NCBI GenBank assembly: GCA_038143065.1
Contig: JAYQLI010000035.1
Coordinates: 1,344,894-1,408,893 of the forward strand
Origin: Rhodospirillales bacterium
GTDB lineage: Bacteria > Pseudomonadota > Alphaproteobacteria > Bin95
DNA: 64,000 nucleotides
Direction of reading: 5' to 3'
Under the pieces are notes generated by a model. It ran no database searches. It was not told the origin of the DNA and saw nothing but the letters and a program-made list of their open reading frames with translations. This document shows positions 21,235 through 32,268 of the stretch, one piece after another. Numbering within the stretch: position 1 is the first letter of the stretch; every line of letters starts with the position of its first letter. Position numbers and translations under genes: made by a program.

Positions 21235-22431
21235 TTAGCAGTCAGTGTTGCGCTCAAGCTCCCGAGTTTCAACAATATTAAGTCCGTAACCTTCAATGCC
21301 TACCACACGCCTTGGTGTGTTGGTTAGCAAAATGAGGTTCTTTACGCCTAACTCTATGAGAATTTGCGCACCCACGCCATAATCACGCAATTGCGCGCCA
21401 TCACCCCCATCGGCTTTTGCTCCTAACTCTGCCGTAATCCGCTCGGAAAGGTTAGTTGCTCTAGTTTCACGTATTAATACAACTACCCCTCTTTCAGCTG
21501 TGCCGATCATTTCCATTGCCTGCTGCAGCCCTCCGCCCCTTTGACGGTGGTGGTCGCCCAATAAATCTTCCAAAATATTGACAGCGTGCATTCGCACCAT
21601 CACAGGCGCATCGCCTTTGACATTTCCTTTGACTAAGGCAACGTGTTCGGTGCCTTCAAGAGTAGACCCAAAAACAACCATCCTAAAATCGCCACCAAAA
21701 CGGCTATGAAGTTCAGTTTCTACTACTCTCTCAATCGTTCGATCAAATCGACGACGATATGCGATAAGGTCAGCAATCGCTCCAATTTTCATCCCATGGT
21801 ATTGAGCAAACTTAATTAGCTCCGGGAGGCGTGCCATCGTGCCGTCCTCGTTCATAATTTCACATATGACACCTGATGGATTAAGCCCCGCGAGGCGAGA
21901 AATATCTACTGCTGCTTCAGTATGCCCTGCACGCACCAGAACCCCCCCATCTCTTGCTTGAAGGGGGAACACATGCCCTGGTGTAACTATATCTCCCGTT
22001 TTAGCTGATGGATCTATTGCGACAGAAATGGTCCGAGCGCGATCGGGAGCAGATATACCCGTTGTCACACCCTCGCGCGCCTCAATGGATACTGTGAAAG
22101 CCGTGGACTGCCGCTGACGGTTATCTTGAGGCATCAGAGGAAGGCTAAGTTCCTCAACTCGTTGAGAAGTCAATGAGAGGCAAATAAGTCCACGACCATT
22201 TTTTGCCATAAAATTAATAACTTCTGGAGTAGCCATCTGAGCGGGAATTACTAAATCGCCCTCGTTTTCACGGTCTTCATCGTCAACAAGAACGAACATC
22301 CGACCATTGCGAGCTTCATCAATAATCTCTTCGATTGGCGACAGAAACGCCATATCCTCTGAGGTACGCTTCATATCCTCGGCTAAATCCGCCGGGCTAA
22401 TACGCTGCATATCATTATGTTCGGCGGTCAA
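21235..22431 (-). CDS. ribB: DHBP synthase fused to a degenerate GTP cyclohydrolase II domain (RibBX-type)
   Basis: DDEDRENEGDL, TTGISA.DRA, PGHVFPL, RAGHTEA; C-terminal domain keeps RDYGVGAQIL but has no Zn-binding Cys. Confidence 0.93.
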   Translation of the reverse strand: MTAEHNDMQRISPADLAEDMKRTSEDMAFLSPIEEIIDEARNGRMFVLVDDEDRENEGDLVIPAQMATPEVINFMAKNGRGLICLSLTSQRVEELSLPLMPQDNRQRQSTAFTVSIEAREGVTTGISAPDRARTISVAIDPSAKTGDIVTPGHVFPLQARDGGVLVRAGHTEAAVDISRLAGLNPSGVICEIMNEDGTMARLPELIKFAQYHGMKIGAIADLIAYRRRFDRTIERVVETELHSRFGGDFRMVVFGSTLEGTEHVALVKGNVKGDAPVMVRMHAVNILEDLLGDHHRQRGGGLQQAMEMIGTAERGVVVLIRETRATNLSERITAELGAKADGGDGAQLRDYGVGAQILIELGVKNLILLTNTPRRVVGIEGYGLNIVETRELERNTDC

Positions 22432-23027
22432 GTGAGATCCTCCGTCTCGAGAAGGCGTTTAACGTACCTTGCCAGCATATCAATTTCTAGATTGACACGA
22501 GACCCAACTTTGAAATCACCAAAAGCAGTATGCTCCATGGTGTGCGGAATAATGGCGACATGAAAACTATCATTATCAGCGCCGTTTACGGTGAGTGACA
22601 CTCCGTCGACGGCAATCGAACCTTTCTCTGCGATAAATCTTAACAGAGGTTTTGGAGCTAAGAAGAAAATCCGCCATGCGTCGCCATCTTGCCTGATGTC
22701 TTGAACTTCTCCAACACCGTCTACGTGACCCGAAACAATATGGCCCCCAAGCTCTTGGCCTAAGGTCAATGATCTTTCTAAATTGATCCGGGTTCCCTCA
22801 GTCCAACTACCCAGAGTTGTACGCGCAAGAGTTTCGTTTGAACTGAAGAAGGCAAGCTTGTTAGGATCTATTTCCGTAACAGTATGGCATGCACCAGAAA
22901 GAGCAATTGAGGCGCCAAGCTCAACTGTGCTGGTATCGTAAACGGTCGCAACAAAGATACGAGCGCCCGCTTCGTCGCGCGTTATTTTTTCGACGCGGCC
23001 AACGTCGGAGACTAGCCCCGTAAACAT
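22428..23027 (-). CDS. ribE: Riboflavin synthase
   Basis: MFTGLV N-terminus, NLERS, GGHIVSGHVD, KGSIAVDGVSLT. Confidence 0.96.
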   Translation of the reverse strand: MFTGLVSDVGRVEKITRDEAGARIFVATVYDTSTVELGASIALSGACHTVTEIDPNKLAFFSSNETLARTTLGSWTEGTRINLERSLTLGQELGGHIVSGHVDGVGEVQDIRQDGDAWRIFFLAPKPLLRFIAEKGSIAVDGVSLTVNGADNDSFHVAIIPHTMEHTAFGDFKVGSRVNLEIDMLARYVKRLLETEDLT

Positions 23028-23036
23028 CAAAACTTC

Positions 23037-24161
23037 CTATTCTGTAGCCACATAGAGATCTACGCAGTCATCTTCTATAATTTGGGTATCATACCTGACA
23101 AATCTAGGGCCATCTGCTACACGAGCTAGCCCCAGAGGACCTATCGCCGCAAGTCCATCAGCTCCAATAATTTGAGGTGCTCGAAAAGCATAAACTCGGT
23201 CTACCAGACTATTTGAAAGAAAAGATGTCGCAACAGATGCGCCCCCTTCTATCAGCAACCGTGTTATTCCTTGCTCAGCCAATACGGCTGAAACAGCTTT
23301 TACATCTACATGGCCAGAATTAGTTGAAGGTATTTCAAATACCTGCACACCCAAAGCCTCTAACTTCGATGTTCGGTTTTTATCTTTTGAGACTGTGAAG
23401 ACCCAAGTTTTCTGATTTTTTGCTCGAGCAATAACATCGAGTTCAGTGTAATTTGCTAACTTGAGCTGTGAGTCCAAAATAACACGGACAGGGGAAGCCT
23501 TACCAAAACCAGAAATGCGACAATCAAGGCGCGGATTATCAGCAATTGCTGTCCCAACTCCAATCAATATTGCGTCATGACTGGCGCGGAGGAGATGACC
23601 ATGTCGTCTAGATTCCGGTCCAGTAATCCACTTACTATCCCCTGTCACTGCAGCCACTCTTCCATCGAGGCTCATTGCTGTTTTCATTGCTATCATCGGA
23701 CGGCCACGCAAAACTCGGGAAAGAAACCCTGCTTGGTCAAAACGTGCGGCATGCTCAGACAATCCCTGCTCGACCTTCACGCCTGCTTTTTCCAGAGTTT
23801 GGAAGCCTTGCCCTGCTACTCGCTCATCTGGATCTAAAAGAGCAGCAACAACTCGGCTTACGCCAGCTGAAATTAAGGATACGGCACAAGGGGGCGTTTT
23901 TCCAAAATGACTACAGGGTTCAAGCGTCACGTAAACGGTGCCACCTCTCGCCCGCTTTCCGGCACGCAGCAATGCCTCAGTTTCTGCATGCGGACGACCT
24001 CCAGCCTGTGTCCAGCCGCGACCGGCTATTGCACCATGACTGTCGACAATTACACACCCAACTGCAGGGTTTGGCCAAACAAGGCCAAGGCCACGACGCC
24101 CTAATGCAAGAGCGGTCGCCATGTGGCCCTTATCGGCCGAGCTAAACTTGTTATTCGACAT
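23037..24161 (-). CDS. ribD: Bifunctional deaminase/reductase RibD
   Basis: [37 protein letters not shown]. Confidence 0.96.
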   Translation of the reverse strand: MSNNKFSSADKGHMATALALGRRGLGLVWPNPAVGCVIVDSHGAIAGRGWTQAGGRPHAETEALLRAGKRARGGTVYVTLEPCSHFGKTPPCAVSLISAGVSRVVAALLDPDERVAGQGFQTLEKAGVKVEQGLSEHAARFDQAGFLSRVLRGRPMIAMKTAMSLDGRVAAVTGDSKWITGPESRRHGHLLRASHDAILIGVGTAIADNPRLDCRISGFGKASPVRVILDSQLKLANYTELDVIARAKNQKTWVFTVSKDKNRTSKLEALGVQVFEIPSTNSGHVDVKAVSAVLAEQGITRLLIEGGASVATSFLSNSLVDRVYAFRAPQIIGADGLAAIGPLGLARVADGPRFVRYDTQIIEDDCVDLYVATE

Positions 24162-24609
24162 CCTCGTCGAGGCCGCCAATAAAGTCCTCAAAGTCTTTTG
24201 CTTCACGGAAATTCCGATAAACAGAAGCAAATCTTACATACGCAACAGAGTCTAGTGATCTAAGAGCTTCCATAACCACCTCACCCACCGTTGCGGCAGG
24301 GATTTCTGTTTCCCCCATAGTTTCTAGTCTGCGCACCATCGAAGTAACAACACGGGCAACACGCTCTTCCTCAACAGGACGCTTGCGAAGCGCTATGCGT
24401 ATGGATCGCTCAATCTTATCACGATCAAAAGTCTCGCGCCGTCCAGAAGATTTAATAATAGTTAATTCGCGAAGATGAACACGCTCGAATGTAGTGAAAC
24501 GAGCCCCGCATTCAGTACAAGAACGACGCCTGCGAATAGCCGAATTATCTTCTGTGGGGCGGGAATCCTTAACTTGGGTATCAGGATGACTGCAGAAGGG
24601 ACAACGCAT
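24151..24609 (-). CDS. nrdR: Transcriptional repressor NrdR
   Basis: [29 protein letters not shown]. Confidence 0.97.
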   Translation of the reverse strand: MRCPFCSHPDTQVKDSRPTEDNSAIRRRRSCTECGARFTTFERVHLRELTIIKSSGRRETFDRDKIERSIRIALRKRPVEEERVARVVTSMVRRLETMGETEIPAATVGEVVMEALRSLDSVAYVRFASVYRNFREAKDFEDFIGGLDEDVE

Positions 24610-24617
24610 ATTAAGTT

Positions 24618-25922
24618 TTAAAACCCTTGATAAATTGGGAAGTTACGGCACAAACCCTTAACTTTGTCCCTGGCAACTGCCTCAGCAGCTTCATTATTGT
24701 CCTTCGACTTCGATAGCTCTGCAAGTACGTCACCAATAATTTGACCTACCATGGTAAATTCATCTACCCCAAATCCGCGTGTCGTGCCTGCTGGCGTACC
24801 GAGACGCAGTCCCGACGTTATTGCTGGCTTTTCGGGATCGAACGGGATGGCGTTTTTATTGCAAGTAAGCCCTGCTCGCTCAAGGCTCGCCTCTGCATCT
24901 TTCCCTGTTAGGTTTAGTGGCCGGAGGTCAACCAGCATCAAGTGCGTATCCGTCCCTCCGGACACGATATCTAAACCTCTGCTTTTTAACGTGGTTGCAA
25001 GCGCATTGGCGTTGGCAACAATATTTTCAGCATAAGTAACAAACTCCGGACGCAAAGCTTCTCCGAAAGCCACAGCCTTTGCAGCTATTACATGCATCAA
25101 AGGTCCGCCTTGAAGTCCTGGGAATACTGCGGAATTTACTTTTTTTCCGAGAACCTCATCGTTCGACAGCACCATTCCACCGCGCGGACCACGCAAAGTC
25201 TTATGCGTGGTAGTAGTTACTATATCAGCAAATGGAAGGGGACTTGGATGAACACCAGCGGCTACCAGACCTGCAAAGTGAGCCATATCAACCATTAACT
25301 TAGCACCAACACTATCAGCGATAGCGCGAAAGCGCTCAAAATCTATAATACGCGGGTAAGCTGATCCACCTGCGATAATCAGTTTTGGTTTGTTTTCTTC
25401 AGCTAATACTTGGACCTCATCGTAATCTATAAGGCCATCTTCTTTTCTCACGCCGTATTGTACGGCATTGAACCATTTACCCGACTGATTTGGTGCTGCA
25501 CCATGGGTAAGATGACCGCCAGCAGCTAGCGACATTCCCATAATAGTATCACCTGGCTCAAGCATAGCCAAAAACGCAGCTTGGTTAGCTTGAGCTCCAG
25601 AATGAGGTTGTACATTCACAAAAGTGCAGCCGAAAAGTCGTTTTGCTCGCTCAATGGCAAGTTCTTCCGCCACATCTACGAATTCACATCCGCCATAATA
25701 TCTTCGGCCAGCATAACCTTCTGCATATTTATTTGTGAGGACGCTCCCTTGAGCTTCCAGTACCGCTCGAGAGACAATATTTTCGCTTGCAATGAGTTCA
25801 ATCTGATCCTGCTGGCGACCAAGTTCTTTTCGAATGGCCACACTCAATTCAGGATCTGCCGCCGAAAGTCCAGTTTCGAAAAAGCCATCTGGGAAAGGTT
25901 GAACAGATGCTGTAGCTCTCAT
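24618..25922 (-). CDS. glyA: Serine hydroxymethyltransferase
   Basis: [33 protein letters not shown]. Confidence 0.98.
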   Translation of the reverse strand: MRATASVQPFPDGFFETGLSAADPELSVAIRKELGRQQDQIELIASENIVSRAVLEAQGSVLTNKYAEGYAGRRYYGGCEFVDVAEELAIERAKRLFGCTFVNVQPHSGAQANQAAFLAMLEPGDTIMGMSLAAGGHLTHGAAPNQSGKWFNAVQYGVRKEDGLIDYDEVQVLAEENKPKLIIAGGSAYPRIIDFERFRAIADSVGAKLMVDMAHFAGLVAAGVHPSPLPFADIVTTTTHKTLRGPRGGMVLSNDEVLGKKVNSAVFPGLQGGPLMHVIAAKAVAFGEALRPEFVTYAENIVANANALATTLKSRGLDIVSGGTDTHLMLVDLRPLNLTGKDAEASLERAGLTCNKNAIPFDPEKPAITSGLRLGTPAGTTRGFGVDEFTMVGQIIGDVLAELSKSKDNNEAAEAVARDKVKGLCRNFPIYQGF

Positions 25923-26133
25923 TATCTGACTCGACTCCTCGCTTCACATGAATCGTACACCTTGGGTGTGTCACAAACTTGGGGCGCTTGCAACTTGAGT
26001 ATGATCCAAAGACGCATTTCACTGTGTAATAATAAGAGTTAGGGCTTAAAGTGATATACATCCAGCGGGATTCCAGCAAAGCCCTGCTTCCGCTATACAA
26101 ATAAATTTAGATTGAAGCTCATTAGGTAGCATA

Positions 26134-27138
26134 GTGGTAAATTTCATCCGCCAATGGCTGGAAAACCAGTCCCCATATGAATTTATGATGTTTGCGGCAT
26201 TTGCTGTTATGTGTTTCTGGCTGCTAAAACGATTTTCTGCATCACGCATTCAAAATAATCACCTGGACAGAAAACTAACTGAGCTTGAAGAGGCTTTAGA
26301 GGTCCGCCTCAACACTATTGCCTATCAACTTGACATGACTTTCGACAAAAATCGATCGGCTACAGAGGTTGCAGTCGCCGGACTTGCAGAGCGGATAGGC
26401 CGGATTGATGCCGCACAAGCAAATTTAGCCGCCTTGTCTGGGCAAATTACTGGTCTCGAACGCACTCTTAGTGACAAACAGGCGCGCGGTGCTTTTGGCG
26501 AGGCTAGGTTAGGGGACCTCCTTCGCGATGCGCTGCCCGCTAGTGCATTCAAAGAGCAAGCGACACTCTCAAATGGACGAAGAGCAGACGCTTTATTGAT
26601 TTTACCCCATCCACCAGGCTCAATCGCTGTTGATAGTAAATTTCCTCTCGAGAGCTACCGGGCTATTTTAGCTGCAGACAATCCCTCAGCTAAAAATTCT
26701 GCAAGAAAGTCATTTGAACGTGATGTGGCAAAACACATAACTGACATTGCGGACCGATATATTGTCCCAAATGAAACCTCCGATTGCGCATTAATGTTTG
26801 TGCCAAGTGAAGCAGTTTTTGCTGAACTCCACGCGCACTCGTCCTCCGCTGTTGAAGAGGGTTACAGAAAAAGAGTTTTTATCGTCTCGCCAACCACGAT
26901 TTGGGCTCTCTTGAATACAATTCGGGCCATCATGAAAGATGTTCGGATGAAAGAAGAGTCAGTTAAACTTCAGGCCGAAGCGCAGGCATTAGTCACTGAT
27001 GTGGCTGCGATTGCCAGAGCCGCTAAAACAGTGCGGAGACGAATTCAATTGGCTGAAACAGACCTAACGTCTCTCGTTGACTCGGCAAAAACAGCTGAGC
27101 GTCGCGGTGCACGTATCCGCGACATAGACCTAGAATAA
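26134..27138 (+). CDS. rmuC: DNA recombination protein RmuC
   Basis: N-terminal TM segment, KQARGAFGE, VDSKFP, ALMFVPSE, SPTT. Confidence 0.92.
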   Translation: MVNFIRQWLENQSPYEFMMFAAFAVMCFWLLKRFSASRIQNNHLDRKLTELEEALEVRLNTIAYQLDMTFDKNRSATEVAVAGLAERIGRIDAAQANLAALSGQITGLERTLSDKQARGAFGEARLGDLLRDALPASAFKEQATLSNGRRADALLILPHPPGSIAVDSKFPLESYRAILAADNPSAKNSARKSFERDVAKHITDIADRYIVPNETSDCALMFVPSEAVFAELHAHSSSAVEEGYRKRVFIVSPTTIWALLNTIRAIMKDVRMKEESVKLQAEAQALVTDVAAIARAAKTVRRRIQLAETDLTSLVDSAKTAERRGARIRDIDLE

Positions 27139-27150
27139 AAATGTTTCGCG

Positions 27151-27405
27151 TTAACCATTTACGGCTTTAAAGAACTTCAATCCCATCTTTGACAGAGGAG
27201 GCGCAGGAACAATCTGGCCGCCTATTTCGTCCTCTATATGCCTGACCAACATCTTCCCATACCCCTTACGCCTAAAGGCAGGGTTTACAAAAATGTATTC
27301 TAACACCTTCTGCTCACGGCAAAAACGCGCATAACCAACGGTCGTATTTTTATTTTTAACTGTGATCGCGTCATCAATGATCGACAAAGATATGTCTGGT
27401 TCCAT
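27151..27405 (-). CDS. Minimal GNAT-family acetyltransferase (84 aa)
   Basis: IFVNPAFRRKGYGKML acetyl-CoA binding motif A. Confidence 0.75.
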   Translation of the reverse strand: MEPDISLSIIDDAITVKNKNTTVGYARFCREQKVLEYIFVNPAFRRKGYGKMLVRHIEDEIGGQIVPAPPLSKMGLKFFKAVNG

Positions 27406-27411
27406 TGCCCG

Positions 27412-27801
27412 TCACCCGATAGGGTTTTGCACGCCGGCATAATACACTAGCCGACCAACATCATCGTAAATTGGCCTAATGCGCAGTCTATTGAGAAATC
27501 TTACACCGTCTTTTCTATAGTTCACGATATCGATTTCTATACGTGCTTGCGCGGCGATTGCATGACGGATAGCAGCAATCGCATTCTGGTCCGTTTCCGG
27601 GCCTTGCAAAAACTTGCAATTCCTCCCGACAGCATCTTCAGACGAATAGCCTGTTTGTTCTTCAAACTCAGGTGTCACAAAGATGATTGGATTATCTGGA
27701 AGCGATGGATCACTAAACACAACACTTTGACCAGATTCATCATCAGCCAAAAGATCGGCAAGACTGCGCGACAATTCTGTGGCACTAAAATCGGACATCA
27801 T
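27412..27801 (-). CDS. Short standalone LOV blue-light photoreceptor
   Basis: SDPSLPDNPIIF, GRNCKFLQGPET, NYRKDG, FLNRL, GVQ; no effector domain; AGGAAGG RBS. Confidence 0.92.
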   Translation of the reverse strand: MMSDFSATELSRSLADLLADDESGQSVVFSDPSLPDNPIIFVTPEFEEQTGYSSEDAVGRNCKFLQGPETDQNAIAAIRHAIAAQARIEIDIVNYRKDGVRFLNRLRIRPIYDDVGRLVYYAGVQNPIG

Positions 27802-27889
27802 AACCTTCCTAACCAACACATAATTCTACGCGCGCCAAGGGAATTTGGATCAAAATGTCATTGCCAGTTAAAAGAAACCGCAAGCACAT

Positions 27890-29384
27890 TTAGTTCAGAG
27901 AAATTATTTTTACCTTTTTTCCGATTACTAGATCGGAATCTTGGCCAACACCATTCAAGAGCTTAAAGCGATCAACCGCAAATTTACTAACAGCCATTGC
28001 CCGAGAAATACTATCAATTGTATCCCCCTTTTTGACTTTATGAAGGCGAATACGAAGGGGTTTGAGGTTTTCAAGCTCGGCGGGTGACATATGACGGAAC
28101 GAGTATGTAGTTCGCCTATAGCTTTCATTTAGGGCCTTCGTTTCTGCAGGCTCACTGAAAAATGTTAATCGAAATGTGTGCCCTTTCTCACCACGAATTG
28201 CCACAAGCTGGATGTCCATTGAACGGCCATTTACCCTTCCCTTAGTAGACGCTGCTGCGCCTCAAGGCCATTTACTTTTATTGCCTCAAGGCCTTCCAGC
28301 CGAGCATTTCTTGCCCAGGTTTGGCGAATGTAGTCTCGCATAGAGCCACCATAGTTTTGAGGACCCATATCAAAACTAATGGATGCATTTTCCGGGCCAT
28401 AGGCGATGACCCGCTGAGGAGAATTAAAAAGTGTAAAATTATCAGGAACACTGAATAAAAAGTTAAGATTTTTGTGCGCAAAAGTACCATCGCGCGCATA
28501 ACCTTGTTCCGGAGAGTCCCCCATATCATTCCGTCTATCTTGGAAAGATATATATCCCTTCCATCAAGAGGCTTCTCAACTGGGGTTTTCTGAGCAAGCT
28601 TGCGCGCACGCACCACACGATCTGGAGTAGGTGGGTGGGTATCAAGGTAGGAAGAACCTCTCGGAGCCTGACCGCGTAATTTAGCAATTAAACCTTTCTC
28701 AGAATCCAATTTTTCCAAAAACTCGGACATGCCAAATGGGGTAAATCCAATCCGGCCATTATACCTAATGCCAAGCTCGTCCGCCTGATATTCCTGATCC
28801 CGGCTGTATGAAGCCAGGTACCCCTGAGCCCCAACATTTGCCAGCTGTCCTATAGCTCTACCCGCGTCGGGTCCAACAAAGATGGAACCAAGTATCGAAG
28901 CACCCATTGCACCAATGCCGGCAAGAGTTCCTTGTGCTTGTCGCTGCGCCCCATGACGGGCTGTTACGTGACCTATTTCATGCCCAATAACTGCGGCCAG
29001 TTGCCCCTCCGTCTCTGCAAGTGAGAGCAAACCTCGAGTTACATACACATATCCGCCAGGCAGAGCGAAGGCATTGGTAACGTCACTATCAAGAAGCGTG
29101 AATGTCCACTTAATATCAGGCAGCTCAGAGCTTGCAGCAAGAACCTGTCCTAAAGATTTCACATAGCTCTTCAAATCAGGATCATCATATTCGCCGCCAA
29201 ATTGCTTGAGAATCATTGGATGATTTTCGTCACCAATTCGCTTTTCATCATCTTTAGACATGAAAGCAATATCTTTGCCGCCAGTAGCGGGATTACTTGA
29301 ACACCCCGTTAGGCTAAGGCCAATTGCAACCATTCCGAAGGCTATTAAAAAATAGCGGTTCACGCTTGATATCCTTATCCGCAC
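27890..29384 (-). CDS. M48 metalloprotease lipoprotein with C-terminal LysM, frameshifts at ~28520 and ~28255
   Basis: Lipobox LTGC, NAFALPGG, HEIGH, YSRDQEYQAD, THP; LysM VKKGDTIDSIS...FKLLNG. Confidence 0.9.
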
Positions 29385-29724
29385 CCATTTCTCCCAAAAT
29401 CAAAAAGTGATGAGATACAACATGATACCGCTTAAATAGTTTGTAACTTTTTTCAGATTACGGCCGATTTAACAAGGAGGTCAAAATCGAAGGGATAAAT
29501 TTGGTCGGTGCAGTTAAAATATAAGCTGGGTTTGGGTTTTCCATTTCTGATCAAGGATGGAACGAATAGCTCAAACCAAACAAAAAATTTTGCTTCCCAA
29601 AAAACGTCGATCTTCAGATGAAAAGATATATGTTTTTTAACAACAGTATTTCCAACCCTCTCAGTCTAGTATTAAGACAAATTCTAGCCTTGAACATTAC
29701 ACGTTCCAGTGATCAGGAAATTCA

Positions 29725-30687
29725 ATGAGAAAGCCACTTCATTCTCGCAAAAATTTGTTTCCGCCGCTGAACACAAATCACGCAGGTTACCTAGATGTAG
29801 GTGAAGGCCACCGACTATGGTGGGAAGAAAGTGGGGCTCCGCATGGAACTCCTGTCGTCTTTCTGCATGGCGGCCCCGGAGCTGGCTGTTCACCCTCTTA
29901 CAGACGATTTTTTGATCCAACTCATTATCGCATAATTTTATTTGACCAACGTGGCGCAGGTCGCTCAAAGCCATATGCTGAAATAAATGCAAATGACACC
30001 GATAAGCTAATAGAGGATATTGAATCTCTTAGATCACATCTAAAAGTAGACAAATGGCTTGTTTTTGGTGGGTCTTGGGGTTCAACGTTGGCTCTAGCCT
30101 ATGGCCAAGCACACCCAGATCATTGCCTTGGATTCATTTTGAGAGGCATATTTCTCGGTAGCGGGGATGAAGTAGATTGGTTCTTGCACGGAATGGGGCG
30201 CATCTTCCCAGAGGCATATCAAACTTTCTTAAACCACATTCCTGCTGGAGAGAGATTTGATATTCTTGCCGCTTATGCACGAAGGTTATTCAGTAATAAT
30301 CCTTCCGAAGCCTTAGCTGCAGCAAAAAGTTGGGCGAACTACGAATCCTCCTGCTCTACTCTTCTTCCAAACGAATTGCCCAATGTAATGGACAATGGGG
30401 AAGGATTGCTCGCTATAGCTAAAATTGAAGCTCACTACTTTCTCAACCGTCTTTTCCTTAAAGATGGTCAGTTATTAGACAATCTTAACCGAATTACCCA
30501 TCTCCCCGCAGTCATTGTTCAAGGCCGATACGATATGATTTGTCCAATTAACAGCGCAGTTATCCTCGCAAGGGCCTGGGATAAAGCCGGATTAGTGGTT
30601 GTAGATGACGCCGGTCATTCCGCTATGGAGCCCGGAATCAGGGCTGCTCTTGTACAAGCGACAGAAAACTTCAAAGGCACGGTTTAA
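29725..30687 (+). CDS. pip: Proline iminopeptidase
   Basis: LHGGPGAG, FDQRGAGRS, GGSWG, QGRYDMICP, AGHS. Confidence 0.95.
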   Translation: MRKPLHSRKNLFPPLNTNHAGYLDVGEGHRLWWEESGAPHGTPVVFLHGGPGAGCSPSYRRFFDPTHYRIILFDQRGAGRSKPYAEINANDTDKLIEDIESLRSHLKVDKWLVFGGSWGSTLALAYGQAHPDHCLGFILRGIFLGSGDEVDWFLHGMGRIFPEAYQTFLNHIPAGERFDILAAYARRLFSNNPSEALAAAKSWANYESSCSTLLPNELPNVMDNGEGLLAIAKIEAHYFLNRLFLKDGQLLDNLNRITHLPAVIVQGRYDMICPINSAVILARAWDKAGLVVVDDAGHSAMEPGIRAALVQATENFKGTV

Positions 30688-30717
30688 TTCGAAGTTAAAG
30701 CAGCCTCGTTATTCACC

Positions 30718-30740
30718 CTGTCGAACGACATGGTCGACAG
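30718..30740. terminator. Hairpin between convergent pip and decarboxylase genes
   Basis: CTGTCGA-N9-TCGACAG; no clear U-tract. Confidence 0.4.
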
Positions 30741-30796
30741 CTAGAACTGATAAGCAACTACTTTAATGCGCAGTAATAGCTAGAGTTTGGCCATCC

Positions 30797-32209
30797 CTAA
30801 CGCACCTGCTCAGCCAACTCTCTGACCCTTTGCCATGCCGTGTCTACATGTTTCTGCTCGCTCAACGTTTGGCCAATTTGGAACCTTATAGAATAGCTGC
30901 CGTTGATGATGTTTTGCGTCAGATATGTGACTCCATCGTCATTGATGGCGTTCAAGAGACGGGCGTTCAAAGAGTCGAGATCATCAGACCCTGCAGGAGC
31001 ATAGCGGAAATTTAACAACGACAATTGGCGAGGAGCCATCAACTCAAAATCAGGCTCGCTGGCAATTTGCCTCTCAAGATGCTCTGCCATTTTGATGTGA
31101 TTGCGGATGATGAGTTTCAGGCCGTCGACCCCATAGGACCTAATTACAAACCAAAGTTTAAGAGCTCTAAATCGTCTGCCTAGCGGAATAGACCAGTCTC
31201 GATAATCGATAACTTCATTACCTTCGCGACTCAACAAGTATGCTGGATTAATGGAAAGTGTTCTTACCAAAGCCTCTGGATCTCTGACAAAATGGGCAGA
31301 GCAGTCAAAATTCGTCATCAACCATTTGTGTGGATTAAATACGAAGCTATCAAAACCTTCGATACCTTTGAGCAAATGACGATGTTCCTCAAGAATCAAA
31401 GCCGAACCCGCCCAGGCCGCATCAACATGAGAAAACAGTCCGTGACGCGTTGCAATTTCCCCAACCGCTTCCAGGTTATCCATTGCTCCAACACCGGTCG
31501 AACCTAGGTTGGCTATTACACAGGCTGGGAGCTTTCCAGCGGACCTGTCTTCAATAATTGCATTCTCAAGCTCATTGGGCCTTATGGCAAAGGTGATTGG
31601 ATCTGAAGGAATAACTCTAACATTATTGCGCCCCAATCCTGCTATCTTTGCTCCCTTTTCAGTCGCTGAATGTGTTTGATCAGACGTATAGATTACGATG
31701 GGAGGACAGCCAGCAATTCCGTCTTCATTGGCACGCCAGCTAGTAATCCTTTCTCTAGCGGTAAGGATGGCACAGAGAATTGCACTGGAAGCAGAGTCTT
31801 GGATGACGCCATGGAAACTTTCTGGAAGGCCAATCATTTGGCGCAACCAATCAGTAATACGAGTCTCCATTTCAGTTGCGGCTGGCGATGTCTGCCAAAG
31901 CATACACTGCGCTCCGATGGTTGCAGTAAGCATTTCGGCAAGAACTGATGGGGGACTAGAATTGGCTGGGAAATAGGCAAAAAATCGGGGATGCTGCCAG
32001 TGAGTGATGCCCGGCAAAATATCTCTTTCAAAATCAGCCATAATAGCGTCTAAAGTTTCAGACTTAGCTGGGGGTACGTCAGATAGCGTAGCAGCAACCT
32101 GGCCAGGCACAGTTTGGGCTCGTACAGAGTAGCTCTCAACGTTCTCCATATAGTCTGCCATCCAGTCAACTAGCAGATGCGCCCTAGAGCGGAATTCTTC
32201 GATTTCCAT
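30797..32209 (-). CDS. Group II PLP-dependent aromatic-L-amino-acid decarboxylase
   Basis: PGITHWQHPRFFAYFP, SPAATEME, HVDAAWAG, FNPHKW (PLP Lys), PLGRRFRALKLWF. Confidence 0.93.
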   Translation of the reverse strand: MEIEEFRSRAHLLVDWMADYMENVESYSVRAQTVPGQVAATLSDVPPAKSETLDAIMADFERDILPGITHWQHPRFFAYFPANSSPPSVLAEMLTATIGAQCMLWQTSPAATEMETRITDWLRQMIGLPESFHGVIQDSASSAILCAILTARERITSWRANEDGIAGCPPIVIYTSDQTHSATEKGAKIAGLGRNNVRVIPSDPITFAIRPNELENAIIEDRSAGKLPACVIANLGSTGVGAMDNLEAVGEIATRHGLFSHVDAAWAGSALILEEHRHLLKGIEGFDSFVFNPHKWLMTNFDCSAHFVRDPEALVRTLSINPAYLLSREGNEVIDYRDWSIPLGRRFRALKLWFVIRSYGVDGLKLIIRNHIKMAEHLERQIASEPDFELMAPRQLSLLNFRYAPAGSDDLDSLNARLLNAINDDGVTYLTQNIINGSYSIRFQIGQTLSEQKHVDTAWQRVRELAEQVR

Positions 32210-32268
32210 TCAGAGGATTCTCGTCTTATTGTTTTGTCCTGGATTGTAATAGCAGTACGGTACCCGAG

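Noticed and set aside
25923-26133. ZTP, glycine or FMN riboswitch upstream of glyA-nrdR-rib
   Set aside because: The reverse complement lacks the conserved cores I looked for (GACTGGCG/CGCCTGGG, GGAGA..CCGAAG, AGGGCGGGGTGAAATTCCC)
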